A stretch of DNA of 63,290 bases, the filler included, from Octopus bimaculoides (lineage: Eukaryota): NCBI RefSeq assembly GCF_001194135.2. It is 7 parts of 7 records of this genome, joined end to end, with 100 filler letters (N's around TTAATTAATTAA, not from the genome) between each part and the next. Parts side by side here need not be neighbours in the genome. Positions count along the whole stretch, not along the records: positions 45,956 to 57,740 come from NC_068993.1; positions 57,841 to 60,724 come from NC_068986.1; positions 60,825 to 62,054 come from NW_026312388.1; positions 62,155 to 63,290 come from NC_068984.1; 3 more parts are not named here. One strand, given 5' to 3'. A program made the position numbers and the translations under genes. Shown here one piece after another: positions 51,461 to 63,290 of the stretch (positions within the stretch are counted from its first letter, which is position 1; every line of letters starts with the position of its first letter). The notes under the pieces are model-generated. The model made no database searches. It was not told where the DNA came from and worked only from the letters and a program-made list of their open reading frames with translations.

Positions 51461-52005
51461 ATGGGTGGTGAATTGTGGCTCTATATCTATGACCCCGAAA
51501 CTAAAGCCCAGTCTTCGCAGTGGAAGACCCAAACTTCTCCATGACCGAAGAGAGTACGGAACGCGAAGCAATATAAAGACACTGTTGAGCGTTTTCTTCG
51601 ACTACCAAAGGACTGTTCATCATGAGTATGGTACGCCTGGTCAGACAGTAAACAAAGAGTACTACCTGGACGACTTGCGGCCTTTACAGGACGGTATTCG
51701 TCGGTAAATGCTACAATTGCATGCGTTTGGTGAGTGGCAACTTCACCATGAAAATGCACCTGCCATTTATCACATCTTGTGCAGCAGGTTTTGGCCAGGC
51801 AAAGTATTTCCCAGGTTCGACAGCCACCGTATTTCCCAGCTCTTGCTTCCTGCGACTTTTTCCCCTTTCCAAAAATCAAATCCCGCTTGAAAGAAGAACA
51901 TTTTAGGATGTCGAGGAAATCAAAGTGAATGCGACGAGTTCCAGGAATAGAAACATCACTAATTGTGTCGCTTTCACAGGGAGCCATTTTTAAAGAGATT
52001 AAATG
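51461..52005 (+). mobile_element. Mariner transposase catalytic-domain remnant
   Basis: GGELWLYIYDPETKAQSSQWK, VFFDYQRTVHHEY..GQTVNKEYY, LHHENAPA and QPPYFPALASCDFF. It is 5'-truncated at a (TA)n tract. Confidence 0.9.
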
Positions 52006-53497
52006 CCAAATTAGTACGTAGTGTAGCTTTGATTTGATAGCACCAGTCTGGGTACCTATTGATTAGACCTTGTACATCATGAAGGGCGATATATGCGTTC
52101 TCTATTCCCAGTTTATTCTTTCGGGAATAACATGATGTCAATCTAATCCACCTGTGAGACTGAAAACATGATGCTACAAGCCTTTTAATACGACAATCTG
52201 TATAACGGTCCACATTACAATCCCGCAAAGGATGGCTTATCCATGCTCCATGGTGCAGATCATTCAGTTTTCTTAATACGAACATCTGTGATCACCTTAT
52301 ATACATTCATAATGATGGTGACCACTTCCATTTCTTTGATGCCTAACACAATGACGGTGACGTTTGACTTTACATACGACGCGGTCTTACATATGTGTAT
52401 GTGTGTGGGTGTGTGTGCGTAAGTGTGTGTGTTTGTGTGTCTGTGTATGTGTATGTATGTGTATGCATCTATATACATATATGTTTGTATGGGGACACAC
52501 GTCTATTTGACTGAGTGTCATTCTGTCTGCTTGTGAGTGTGTGCATGTGTGTATATAAGTGCATGGGATGGGTGGGTATGTGATATTCTGTAAGTATATA
52601 TATCCATAGGATATATCATATTGCACATATACTTAAATTTAAAGTGACCGCTTAATTTTATATATTTGATGAAGTGTTTTCTCAAGATAAACACTAACTA
52701 TTCTATCACAAGTGCATCGGTGACAAATACAATACGTGGAATATCAATATGTTACAGATCTCTATGTGATTTTCTCTGTGAGTATATATGTGAGTTTGTA
52801 CAAGAAAAGAATAAGAGAATGCGTATGAGAATGAAACAAAGAACACGATGGAGTGGTAACCTTTGCAATCATTCTTATTGGCAACGAGACAGGATTTTTG
52901 TCACGTACGTGCTACGTATATATATATGTATACAATAATTATACGACTATATAAATTGACGGATATTGTCAGATAAATACTTGAGGAAAGGAGAGTTACA
53001 GAAATTGCAATATAAACATTTGTTATAGATGCTGTTATATGACAGAGACCTAAAGAATGAAGCAGAAAAAAATTATATTTTAAGTAAGTATGAATAAATC
53101 TTAGTATGCTTATGTCATATGTATTATGTGAACATGGATCGTAAATATAGACAGAAAATACATTGACAGCAGAAGTTTGACACTTGGCAGGCTTTGTTTA
53201 AATTTCTAATATGCCATTCAATTATGATTTTTGAATTATTATTTGAATTTATTTGGATTATTTGAAAAAAAAAATTGTTCTACACTTCTGTTCAAATCAC
53301 ACTAGGAAGCCATAGAAAACTTGTCTAGAGCATATAAGAAGTAATTACATCTCTCATTCTCTCTTTCTCTCTCTCTATCTCTTTCTCTTTCTCTCTCTCG
53401 AATAATATATATATATATATGTATATATATATGTATGTATGTGTATACATATGTATATATGTACATGTGTGTATATGTATATATATATATATATGTA

Positions 53498-53530
<33 letters not shown>

Positions 53531-53775
53531 NNNNNNNNNNNNNNNNNNNNNNNNNNNNNNNNNNNNNNNNNNNNNNNNNNNNNNNNNNNNNNNNNNNNNN
53601 NNNNNNNNNNNNNNNNNNNNNNNNNNNNNNNNNNNNNNNNNNNNNNNNNNNNNNNNNNNNNNNNNNNNNNNNNNNNNNNNNNNNNNNNNNNNNNNNNNNN
53701 NNNNNNNNNNNNNNNNNNNNNNNNNNNNNNNNNNNNNNNNNNNNNNNNNNNNNNNNNNNNNNATATATATGTGTG

Positions 53776-53813
<38 letters not shown>

Positions 53814-54370
53814 CATATATCTATGCACAATGATATGTGCGTGTTTACATGTTGCTGTGCGCACCTATTAGTATATACGGAATACGTGATATGTATTCAT
53901 ATTGAAATTTAAAAAAAAATAAATGATTAGCTCGCTAGGATTCCGCTAAATCTTCACCATGGTAACCAACGGCAGCGAAATATTGGCACAGACCTACCAC
54001 CTCCACAATCACCATTAACTTTGTACTGCAAACTCTATTCTAGAACTTAACAGTATGCAAATTAATAACACCAATATCGTCACCTTTGTTCGTGTTCCTA
54101 TTTGCAAGAAATTAAAATACAATCATTACATATTATTTGGCTTCCAGCATGTGACACTGATTTTCTGCATAAAATTATTGTATGCCTACGTACGTATTGT
54201 ACATCACACGCACGCACGTACGCACACACACATACACACACGCACACACACGCGCACGCAAACACACACACAACACGCACTCGCACACGCTGACACACTA
54301 GCGTAGCCACACACTTCCGGGTATATATATATATATATATATATATGGGATGGGCGTAGTGGCTGTGTGT

Positions 54371-54405
<35 letters not shown>

Positions 54406-54759
54406 NNNNNNNNNNNNNNNNNNNNNNNNNNNNNNNNNNNNNNNNNNNNNNNNNNNNNNNNNNNNNNNNNNNNNNNNNNNNNNNNNNNNNNNNNNNNNNN
54501 NNNNNNNNNNNNNNNNNNNNNNNNNNNNNNNNNNNNNNNNNNNNNNNNNNNNNNNNNNNNNNNNNNNNNNNNNNNNNNNNNNNNNNNNNNNNNNNNNNNN
54601 NNNNNNNNNNNNNNNNNNNNNNNNNNNNNNNNNNNNNNNNNNNNNNNNNNGAGATTTACGCTTACCGGAATCAAACAAGTGTATGGGCGCTTTTATGCTT
54701 TAATTGTTTCAATCATTGAGCTGCGACCATTCTGAAGCACTCCTTCGAGAGATTTTCTA

Positions 54760-55005
54760 GCAGAAATCGACCCAGTACTCATTTACTTTACGTCCAATTT
54801 TAGCCCAAATTTAGCTCATGGAAAGCAATGTCGATGGAGGTTGTTAAATCCAGTGTCCAACTCGTACTTATTTCATAGACCCACAGTAGGTATGAAATAC
54901 AAAGTCGACGTCAGCAAAATTTGAACTCAGAACGTAAAGACAGACGAAATTCCTCCAAGCATATTGTCCGGCGTGCTAACTATTTTACCAGCTCTCCACC
55001 TTATA
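54760..55005 (-). mobile_element. SINE type C, diverged
   Basis: tttgaactcagaacgtaaagacagacgaaa..gtgctaactattttaccagctc. Confidence 0.7.
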
Positions 55006-55039
55006 CCTACTTAATATCAGCCTCAAAATTTTGAAAGTG

Positions 55040-55885
55040 AAAAATGCTGTCTGACTAAGAGATGCAAACCTGAAAGAAGAAAAACAGTCACTGATCATTG
55101 CTTCTCAGTAAGAAGCTATTAAAACGTATGTCACAGAGAAACACTAGAAACAAATATCAGTCAAACAACAAGCGCAGAATGTGTCGTTAAGAGATTGAAT
55201 GTATTAACCAAGGCATGTGAGTCTAGTGATCAAGCACAAAAGTGCATGAATAAATTGAGTGCGTTTTGCATGGTTAACTAAAGAAAAATTTAAACAAGAA
55301 ATTAGCAACATATGTGAACGCCAACACAGATGGTGAGGACCGGTGGCTATGGATGAAGAAGAGTGACCTGAAGATAGAGACAGCAGCACTTATATGCGCA
55401 GCTCAAGAACAAGCGTTAAGGACCAACTTTCTGAAGTGCAGAATAGACAAAACAATCGATAGCGGCAAATGCAGAGTGTGTGGTAAGAGGTATGAAACGG
55501 TACAGCATATCGATAGTCAATGCTAGAAATTGGCACAACGCGAATACAAATGACGCTACGACAATGTACCAAGAATGGTCCATTGGGAGCTCTGTAGAAA
55601 TCACGGCCCACAGTGAGCAGCAAATATGTGGTATGAGAACACTCTAGAAGTAGTCACCGAAAATGGCAAGTGCAAAATCCTGTTGGATGCAACGATCCAG
55701 GGCGATCACCCAACCAGACATTGGATACCGGACATTGTTGCAGTGAATAAAAACGAAAGAACATGTATGATAATTGACATAGCATGCCCCGGTGGCAAAA
55801 CGATGAATGTGAAAGAAGAAAAGAATAAACAACTATGACGATTTGAAGTCGGAAAGACGAAGGTTGTAGTCAATGAAGAGAGCAT
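55040..55885 (+). mobile_element. 3' portion of an R4/Dong-like element: CCHC finger and RLE
   Basis: WMKKSDLKIETAALICAAQEQALRT, CRVCGKRYETVQHIDSQC (C-x2-C-x8-H-x4-C) and WIPDIVAVNKNERTCMIIDIACPG (PD..D). A separate fragment of the same region lies at ~55045-55160. Confidence 0.9.
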
Positions 55886-56994
55886 GCGCTTAATGTTTTG
55901 TTTTTCTATTTATAGTACTAAACTGACATGGATCCAGTATATTTAATGTTTAATAAATACAAGTAAGTCATGAAATAAGACCGACACAATTTACAGAGAG
56001 ACCTATAAAAATCCCATATATATCTTGATTTATTTGATCTTGATTTTGGTGATATGAGGTAGATTGAGAATCTGGCGGAACATTCTCCACTACATCATGT
56101 TTAAGTTATACAGTCCTATTATTCAACTTAGTACATTCCAACATATTTAACTGCAATGTTACAGTTTAACACAGCCCAAGTAATGTTGTAGTACGCGAGC
56201 ACGCACATAATTTCACGCTTGTATGCTTATGCATTTCTGTGCATGTGAGAATATATTTGAAAAAGAAATCCAAACGTATGAATTCAATATTAGTTTTAGT
56301 GAATTAATAAGGTGTCAAAGAGACACCTTTCTCTCATTACGTAGATATGCTAACTTGATTATTTCAGGTAAAGTAAATTATCTGCTGGATAGTGTGTCAA
56401 GGAAAACACACAAACACAAAATAAAAAAGAAACAACGATGTTCAAAACTAAGAAGATAACAAGACACAACACCTTTGATCATATACCTACACTGTCATTT
56501 CCTGTGATTGAACCAAGAAGAAATTCTATGGTGTTTGATATTCGATTCTTTTTTCTGAAGGCAAAGAAGCAACATGTATAGAATTTTGAAGGAACGTCAA
56601 ATTGAAACTGTATCTAAAGAAAGAAAAACGAGATACTAACATAAAGAAGGGATAATAGAAATTCAGTCAACAAATGTAAGAGAGAAATTGGAAAATAGGT
56701 AATAAGAGCGAGTTAAAAAAAATTATGTTTCATAGCACATTTTTTATGATAACTACGTCAGAAATAATACCGATAGCATAACTGTGTGCATTGCGTCAGT
56801 AATGTGTATATTTATTTATTTATTTATTTATGTGTTTCAGCCAAGTGGCTGCGGTCATGCTGGTGCACATGCCAAACTAATCACATTTTTTTAGACATGC
56901 GTGCAAACACACATGTCGTTGAGCACAAATTTTGTTCTACAATGGAAATTTAATGTATTTCTGCCTCTCCAACTTTAGTTACGATTAACATCTG

Positions 56995-57048
<54 letters not shown>

Positions 57049-57090
57049 AATCTATCTATCTATCTATCTATCTATCTACATATCTATCTA
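56995..57090. repeat. (TATC)n microsatellite
   Basis: Direct reading of the sequence. Confidence 0.95.
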
Positions 57091-57683
57091 CGAAATGTGC
57101 CGCTATCACAGTTCTCAATAGTCCAACTAGTAATCCAGTTCAGAGAAGTGTAATAAGGAGCGAAATCCTAAACAGCCAATTGATGAAATCATTTCATGCG
57201 GAGTATAAAAACTACAAAAATCAGGATGCATGAGTGGTAAATATATCCATTTAAACACTTGAATGTATTTATTTAATCTTAGTTATATCTAGTTAAGGGG
57301 CTGTAATGATTTAGGATTACAGCCGTTTCGCAGACGTGTTCTGTTAATACTGACACTATGGAGGAAATTGTGCTTAAAGATTTGCCTTAAAATGTGTGCC
57401 TATAACGAAAAAGGATCTCTAGAGATGAATAGTTGGTGTAACCGTGTTGTTGTGCCGATTGATGAGCGAGTTTACATGCGCTGCATTGATTTGTGAATAT
57501 ATAATTTCACTTCATAATGGCGTGCATGCATTTTGATGTAATCTTGTAAAAATAATATTCTCCACACTGTTATACACGAATGACGTCAAATGGTTCAATG
57601 AACATAGTCACGAACCTCCTGGTATTTTATGGGTTACATATGTAGGTATATATACACATATATGTGTGTATATATATACACAC

Positions 57684-57715
<32 letters not shown>

Positions 57716-58141
57716 ACATATATATATATATATATATATANNNNNNNNNNNNNNNNNNNNNNNNNNNNNNNNNNNNNNNNNNNNTTAATTAATTAANNNN
57801 NNNNNNNNNNNNNNNNNNNNNNNNNNNNNNNNNNNNNNNNTATGTATGTATGTATGTATGTATGTATGTATGTATGTAGCAATATGAAATCTCAAAACGA
57901 GATGCAAACAGTAGCAGTACATAATTGTAAAATATAGTTGCCAACTAAATGTGACGGACCCGTCGAGGACGAAGTTACTGTTGTTTTTAGCACCTCCTCC
58001 AGCTGGCTAACGACTCACTTTCTGTGTCCAATTAGTTTTATAGATATACAGCACACATGTACACTTTCACACACATGCAGAATACATACATTCATACACC
58101 CACATACAGCAAATTACATTGATTCTATCTTTATCTTTCTT

Positions 58142-58268
<127 letters not shown>

Positions 58269-58564
58269 TACACACTGTTTCTCATGCACATACAGCACAC
58301 ACAACTTCAAACACACTCGCTAGCACATGCACACACCAGACACACACACACGCACAAATACACACACACACACACACACCACGCACAAACACACAGAGTC
58401 TCGGCTTGTCATAAACACACATCTTTTAGTGTAGATTGTACAGTATTTGTTGTTTAAATATGTTTTTTCATTATTGCCTTTCATTATTTTCATTCGGGTT
58501 TATGACTTTCTTGACATGTTTTGAATTCCCTGATACATTATCACGTACACAAATACACACCCAT

Positions 58565-59135
58565 CGATTATACTACGCGTTAAAAGAATAGGATCGTTAG
58601 GAGCGAGAGATGATGCCAAATGGTGTCTGAAAACAACAAGGCCCGAGGGATAGCAGGAATCAGCTGGGATGACTGCAACAAAATCACGAAACAGAAGGAG
58701 GAAATGAAAGACTGAAGACAGTAGGAAATCACGCTTCATGTATTTCAGACAAATAGTAGAAACTAAGATTCTCCAAGGTTTTGCAATAAAACGCGTTTGA
58801 TTGTACAAGAAATGCACGAAGATCTGGTCATAACAAAGATTAATGCTAGTGCAATGAAAAATCAAATTGACATGATTGCTAGAATTTACCTCAATACACC
58901 GGCAGAAGAAGCTATAGCTGCTCAGCCGACCAGTTTCGCTACACATTTATTTTTTTATTATAATGATACAAAAATCACTAGGAGAGAAACCAGGCAGAAT
59001 GTCTTAATTGAACATCAGAAACCAGTATTTCAGCACAGACAGCTGTATGCCGATTTAAGCTGATTGATAAGGAATAATAAATGCAAAAAGCATGGCAGAT
59101 CTACAAGATATGTTGTCATAAAAAAAAAATGTCTT
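58565..59135 (+). mobile_element. Helitron PIF1-family helicase C-terminal fragment (pseudogenised)
   Basis: RN*DSPRFCNKTRLIVQEMHEDLV..IARIYLN resembles RNLDPPRLCNGTRL..IPRI. Frameshifted IQKSLG resembles INKSQG, and KPVFQHRQLYADLS resembles PVFSHGQLYVALS. Confidence 0.8.
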
Positions 59136-60231
59136 CCCGTAAATAACCAAGAGTTATTATCCTTTCGGCTTCTTTAGTACAGCGTTACCATTACCTAGAG
59201 GAAAATGCATCCATATCCACACCATTATTTGTTAAATTAACAGATTAATATTATATGGATAGCTCCGAATAAAAATCTCAAAAGTTATATTCCGTATATA
59301 CATGGATACATATGCATACATATCCATGTATGGGTGTGCATGTGAGAGAGAGAGAGTGTGCGCGTATGTGTGTATGTGTGTATTTATCTATGTATGTAAA
59401 TATGTATATATATATATATATNNNNNNNNNNNNNNNNNNNNNNNNNNNNNNNNNNNNNNNNNNNNNNNNNNNNNNNNNNNNNNNNNNNNNNNNNNNNNNN
59501 NNNNNNNNNNNNNNNNNNNNNNNNNNNNNNNNNNNNNNNNNNNNNNNNNNNNNNNNNNNNNNNNNNNNNNNNNNNNNNNNNNNNNNNNNNNNNNNNNNNN
59601 NNNNNNNNNNNNNNNNNNNNNNNNNNNNNNNNNNNNNNNNNNNNNNNNNNNNNNNNNNNNNNNNNNNNNNNNNNNNNNNNNNNNNNNNNNNNNNNNNNNN
59701 NNNNNNNNNNNNNNNNNNNNNNNNNNNNNNNNNNNNNNNNNNNNNNNNNNNNNNNNNNNNNNNNNNNNNNNNNNNNNNNNNNNNNNNNNNNNNNNNNNNN
59801 NNNNNNNNNNNNNNNNNNNNNNNNNNNNNNNNNNNNNNNNNNNNNNNNNNNNNNNNNNNNNNNNNNNNNNNNNNNNNNNNNNNNNNNNNNNNNNNNNNNN
59901 NNNNNNNNNNNNNNNNNNNNNNNNNNNNNNNNNNNNNNNNNNNNNNNNNNNNNNNNNNNNNNNNNNNNNNNNNNNNNNNNNNNNNNNNNNNNNNNNNNNN
60001 NNNNNNNNNNNNNNNNNNNNNNNNNNNNNNNNNNNNNNNNNNNNNNNNNNNNNNNNNNNNNNNNNNNNNNNNNNNNNNNNNNNNNNNNNNNNNNNNNNNN
60101 NNNNNNNNNNNNNNNNNNNNNNNNNNNNTATATATATGTATATATACATATATAATATAAATAATATATAAATATATGCATATATACATATAGGTACATA
60201 CATACATATATATGTCTCTATATACATGCAT

Positions 60232-60475
60232 GTATGGGTACAGGACATCAAAAACACGTAGACAAAATTTGAAACGAGAACATACAACACACACATATAG
60301 AAAACGAACTTTTTTCTGAACAACGAAAGAAACAAAAAGAGAAACGAGATAGCCAACATGAAGAATGTTCCCTTCATCAGTTGTCCCCTGTTTTATCTAC
60401 TCCGCGTTTCGAAGGTAGGGACAAGACAACTTCGTTAAAACAGTCCTTCCCGCAAAGCAAATTAAATCAAATGTT
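60232..60475 (-). mobile_element. Interspersed repeat type G with conserved CGAAACG and CTGATGAAGG words
   Basis: Homologous to 62352-62585 (gggtacaggac.., ccttcatcag.., gcgtttcgaag.., cgttaaaa.., caaattaaat). Confidence 0.65.
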
Positions 60476-60571
60476 CTGTCTGTCTGTCTGTCTTTGTCAG
60501 TCTCTTTCTCTGTCACACTCATTGTCTCTCTTTCGTTATGTTTCTGTCTCTGTATACATTTATTTTCATAT

Positions 60572-60702
60572 ACAGTAGAACCTCGGTATTCGAACAACTT
60601 TGATCACGAATAAATCGTACTTTGTCTCCTGTCGTCTCATATTCATTTAATACAGTAGTACCTCGGTTTACGAATTCCTCTGATCACGAATAACTCGTGA
60701 TG
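60572..60702 (+). mobile_element. Two tandem pogo/Tigger-like left termini
   Basis: TACAGTAGAACCTCGGTATTCGAAC and TACAGTAGTACCTCGGTTTACGAAT lie ~80 bp apart, each followed by tgatcacgaataa. No matching right end is visible before the gap. Confidence 0.6.
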
Positions 60703-61182
60703 CTTTATATATATATATATATATNNNNNNNNNNNNNNNNNNNNNNNNNNNNNNNNNNNNNNNNNNNNTTAATTAATTAANNNNNNNNNNNNNNNNNNNN
60801 NNNNNNNNNNNNNNNNNNNNNNNNAGGAAGAGACAGAAGAAAAAAAAAAGGGAGAAATCCAAGAAACAGCAAACACAGACACACTGATGGCAACACCAAC
60901 ACTACAAGCTCCACAATCACCAGCACCATAACCCGCCCCCCCCCACAAAAAAAAATACAGCAAACTTTGAAAAGTTCCGCACAGCAGCGGAACTTCGTGC
61001 TAGTGAGGAGGGCTAGTGAAAAGCTGATGGCTCTCATGGCACAAAAGGAGTACATTGAAACAGAGGGGACGATCTGCAGCCCCAACACTTTTAGAGTACT
61101 GGAGAGCCTAATGACATTAGAGACTTATATGAGCATTTAGCGAAGCTACTCGTATGACATTGGATCTCCCTGTGTAACGGCC

Positions 61183-61298
61183 AGCAGAATATTTGAGCAG
61201 AATATTTGAGCAGAATATTTGCAGTAGTTCACATGATAACACTTCCAATCAGTTAAGATCAGAAGCCATGCGAACCACTACCTGATACTGCATCAGGG
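61183..61298. mobile_element. Type F terminal fragment
   Basis: Matches the right end of type F, including catgataacacttccaatcagttaagatcagaagccatg. It contains gcagaatattt three times. Confidence 0.75.
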
Positions 61299-61326
61299 TT
61301 ATTATTATTACTATTATTATTATTAA

Positions 61327-61386
<60 letters not shown>

Positions 61387-61391
61387 CATTA
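61299..61391. repeat. (ATT)n microsatellite between type F copies
   Basis: Direct reading of the sequence. Confidence 0.95.
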
Positions 61392-61930
61392 TTGAGTGAG
61401 AGAGGAGTGCATGCTATCAAAGTGATACTGGGGTAAAATATACGAAGCCCAGTATATCCACCATGACTACGCACAGGGCACATGCATCACAGCCATATGT
61501 GCGCGACATGGCGACCTTATATCAAGATAAACAGCATATGACCTTGCAGGTGGGGGCCCAGTTAGAATTTTGTTCAGGTTGAGTAGCCCATCCCGCTCAA
61601 AATGTCCCTGAATAAGTGTTGTTTAAGGATGATGAACAAAACATCCACGTTTCCAAAGGTGAATTATTCAAACCCCAAAGAATTCCTCTCAACACATGGC
61701 TATGATGTTCCCCCAACTACTTCTGCTCATGATCAGAGATGCACATATCGTTAGCCACCAAGAGACATGCTCAACTGGTTAAGGTCAAGCAACTGACAAG
61801 CAGATCTATGATATTGAGCAGAATATTTGCTGTAGCCCATCTTTTATCTTTTATACCAAAACAAAACGCACTTCCAATCAGATAAGATCAGAAGCCATGA
61901 GAGCCACTGCCTGGTACACTTCATCAGAGC
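61392..61930. mobile_element. Type F repeat, second full copy
   Basis: Same termini as 15742-16291 (gagtgagagag.. and ..ctggtac..catcag), with (ATT)n on both sides. Confidence 0.8.
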
Positions 61931-62018
61931 ATCATCATTATTATTATTATTATTAAGTACCCTTCCCCAAAATTAAGTACTCTCCCTCAAAATTTGAAGC
62001 CTTATGCCTTTAATAGAA

Positions 62019-62054
<36 letters not shown>

Positions 62055-62229
62055 NNNNNNNNNNNNNNNNNNNNNNNNNNNNNNNNNNNNNNNNNNNNTT
62101 AATTAATTAANNNNNNNNNNNNNNNNNNNNNNNNNNNNNNNNNNNNNNNNNNNNATGCACCTATACATACAGGTGGATGTCGGTATGCACATACCTGTAC
62201 GTATATATGCATATACTCATTTACTTTTG

Positions 62230-62272
<43 letters not shown>

Positions 62273-62351
62273 CAAATAATAAATGAGTATATGCTTATAT
62301 ACGTACATGTATGTACATACCTACATCTACCTGTATATATAGATGCATATC

Positions 62352-62585
62352 TGGGTACAGGACGTTGCAAACAAAACAGACAAAATTAGGAACAGTGTAC
62401 AGAAAACACACAGGCCACATAGAGAACATTTCCTTCATCAGCTGCCACCATTCTAACACTGGCGTTTCGAAGAGTTAGGGCAGGACGCATCGTTAAAATG
62501 GCTCTTCCCACGGACAACAAATTAAATTTGTACCATGGAGGAATGTAGTGGCGGACAGAAAACAAGACAGGAAAACGAAATACAT
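62352..62585 (-). mobile_element. Interspersed repeat type G, diverged copy
   Basis: Shares the same blocks as 60232-60475. Confidence 0.65.
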
Positions 62586-62841
62586 ACATACATACACATA
62601 TGTATATATATTTATATGTGTATGTGTACATAAATATATGAGTACCAATTTATTTATATATTCATATGTTTTCTCACCGAAAATTGGGCAAATGTAAGCA
62701 GAAGGAAATATAAGCTTTGTTTTAATTTACTTGAAAAGAAATGTCTTCAGTTTTGCCGTTAGATAAGTAATCTCAGTTTTAAAAGGAAATAGAGCAAAAA
62801 TAAAAAATTCACATATGGACTCATAATTATGAGTTAAACAG

Positions 62842-62893
<52 letters not shown>

Positions 62894-62910
62894 CTTATCT
62901 ATCTACCTAT
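62842..62910. repeat. (CTAT)n microsatellite
   Basis: Direct reading of the sequence. Confidence 0.95.
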
Positions 62911-62927
62911 CTCCCCACTACTTCCCT

Positions 62928-62964
<37 letters not shown>

Positions 62965-63224
62965 NNNNNNNNNNATATATATATATATATATATATATAT
63001 TTATGTGTGTGTGTGTGCGTGTGTAAGAGAGAGAGAGAGAACTAGGCACAGAGAGAGAGAGGGAGATAACGCATTGCTTTATTTTATGCATATATTGCAT
63101 AATCACACTCACTCGTAAAACCACCTCATTGCAGTTCTTGTTAATACTCGACATGCCAACAAAATACAAAGCAAAACTATATACATATATCTACATCCAT
63201 AAATCCCCATACAAGCATACATGC

Positions 63225-63225
<1 letters not shown>

Positions 63226-63290
<65 letters not shown>
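63226..63290. repeat. (GT)n microsatellite
   Basis: Direct reading of the sequence. Confidence 0.95.

Noticed and set aside
60826-61138. ~100-codon low-complexity open frame after a gap
   Set aside because: No start codon or splice signals and no recognisable domain. It may be an ORF1/gag-like remnant but this is unsupported.

Overview
Eukaryotic draft-genome scaffold: AT-rich, heavily gapped and dense in microsatellites. The repeat content resembles an octopus genome (inference; no search was run). Most recognisable sequence is decayed mobile DNA. There are at least five large and three small pieces of single-ORF RT plus restriction-like endonuclease non-LTR elements (R4/Dong-like), whose intact ends abut (AAT/AAC)n microsatellites. 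There is also an internally deleted Chapaev3-like transposon nested in one of these, several Tc1/mariner and pogo/Tigger remnants and MITEs, a Helitron PIF1-helicase fragment, a probable Penelope fragment and many tRNA-headed SINEs. Three minus-strand exon candidates (21506-21606, 6583-6699, 325-413) have canonical splice sites and join in frame, suggesting the window lies inside a long-intron host gene of unidentified product. Unexplained items are a ~550-bp non-coding repeat flanked by (ATT)n, hammerhead-ribozyme-like motifs, an ~18% GC island with a CpG excess, two fold-back inverted repeats and a small structured GC-rich island. Six TTAATTAATTAA words inside 100-bp gaps are assembly linkers. 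No CRISPR, rRNA or genuine tRNA genes were found. Nearly all long ORFs in the supplied track are microsatellite or N-gap artefacts.
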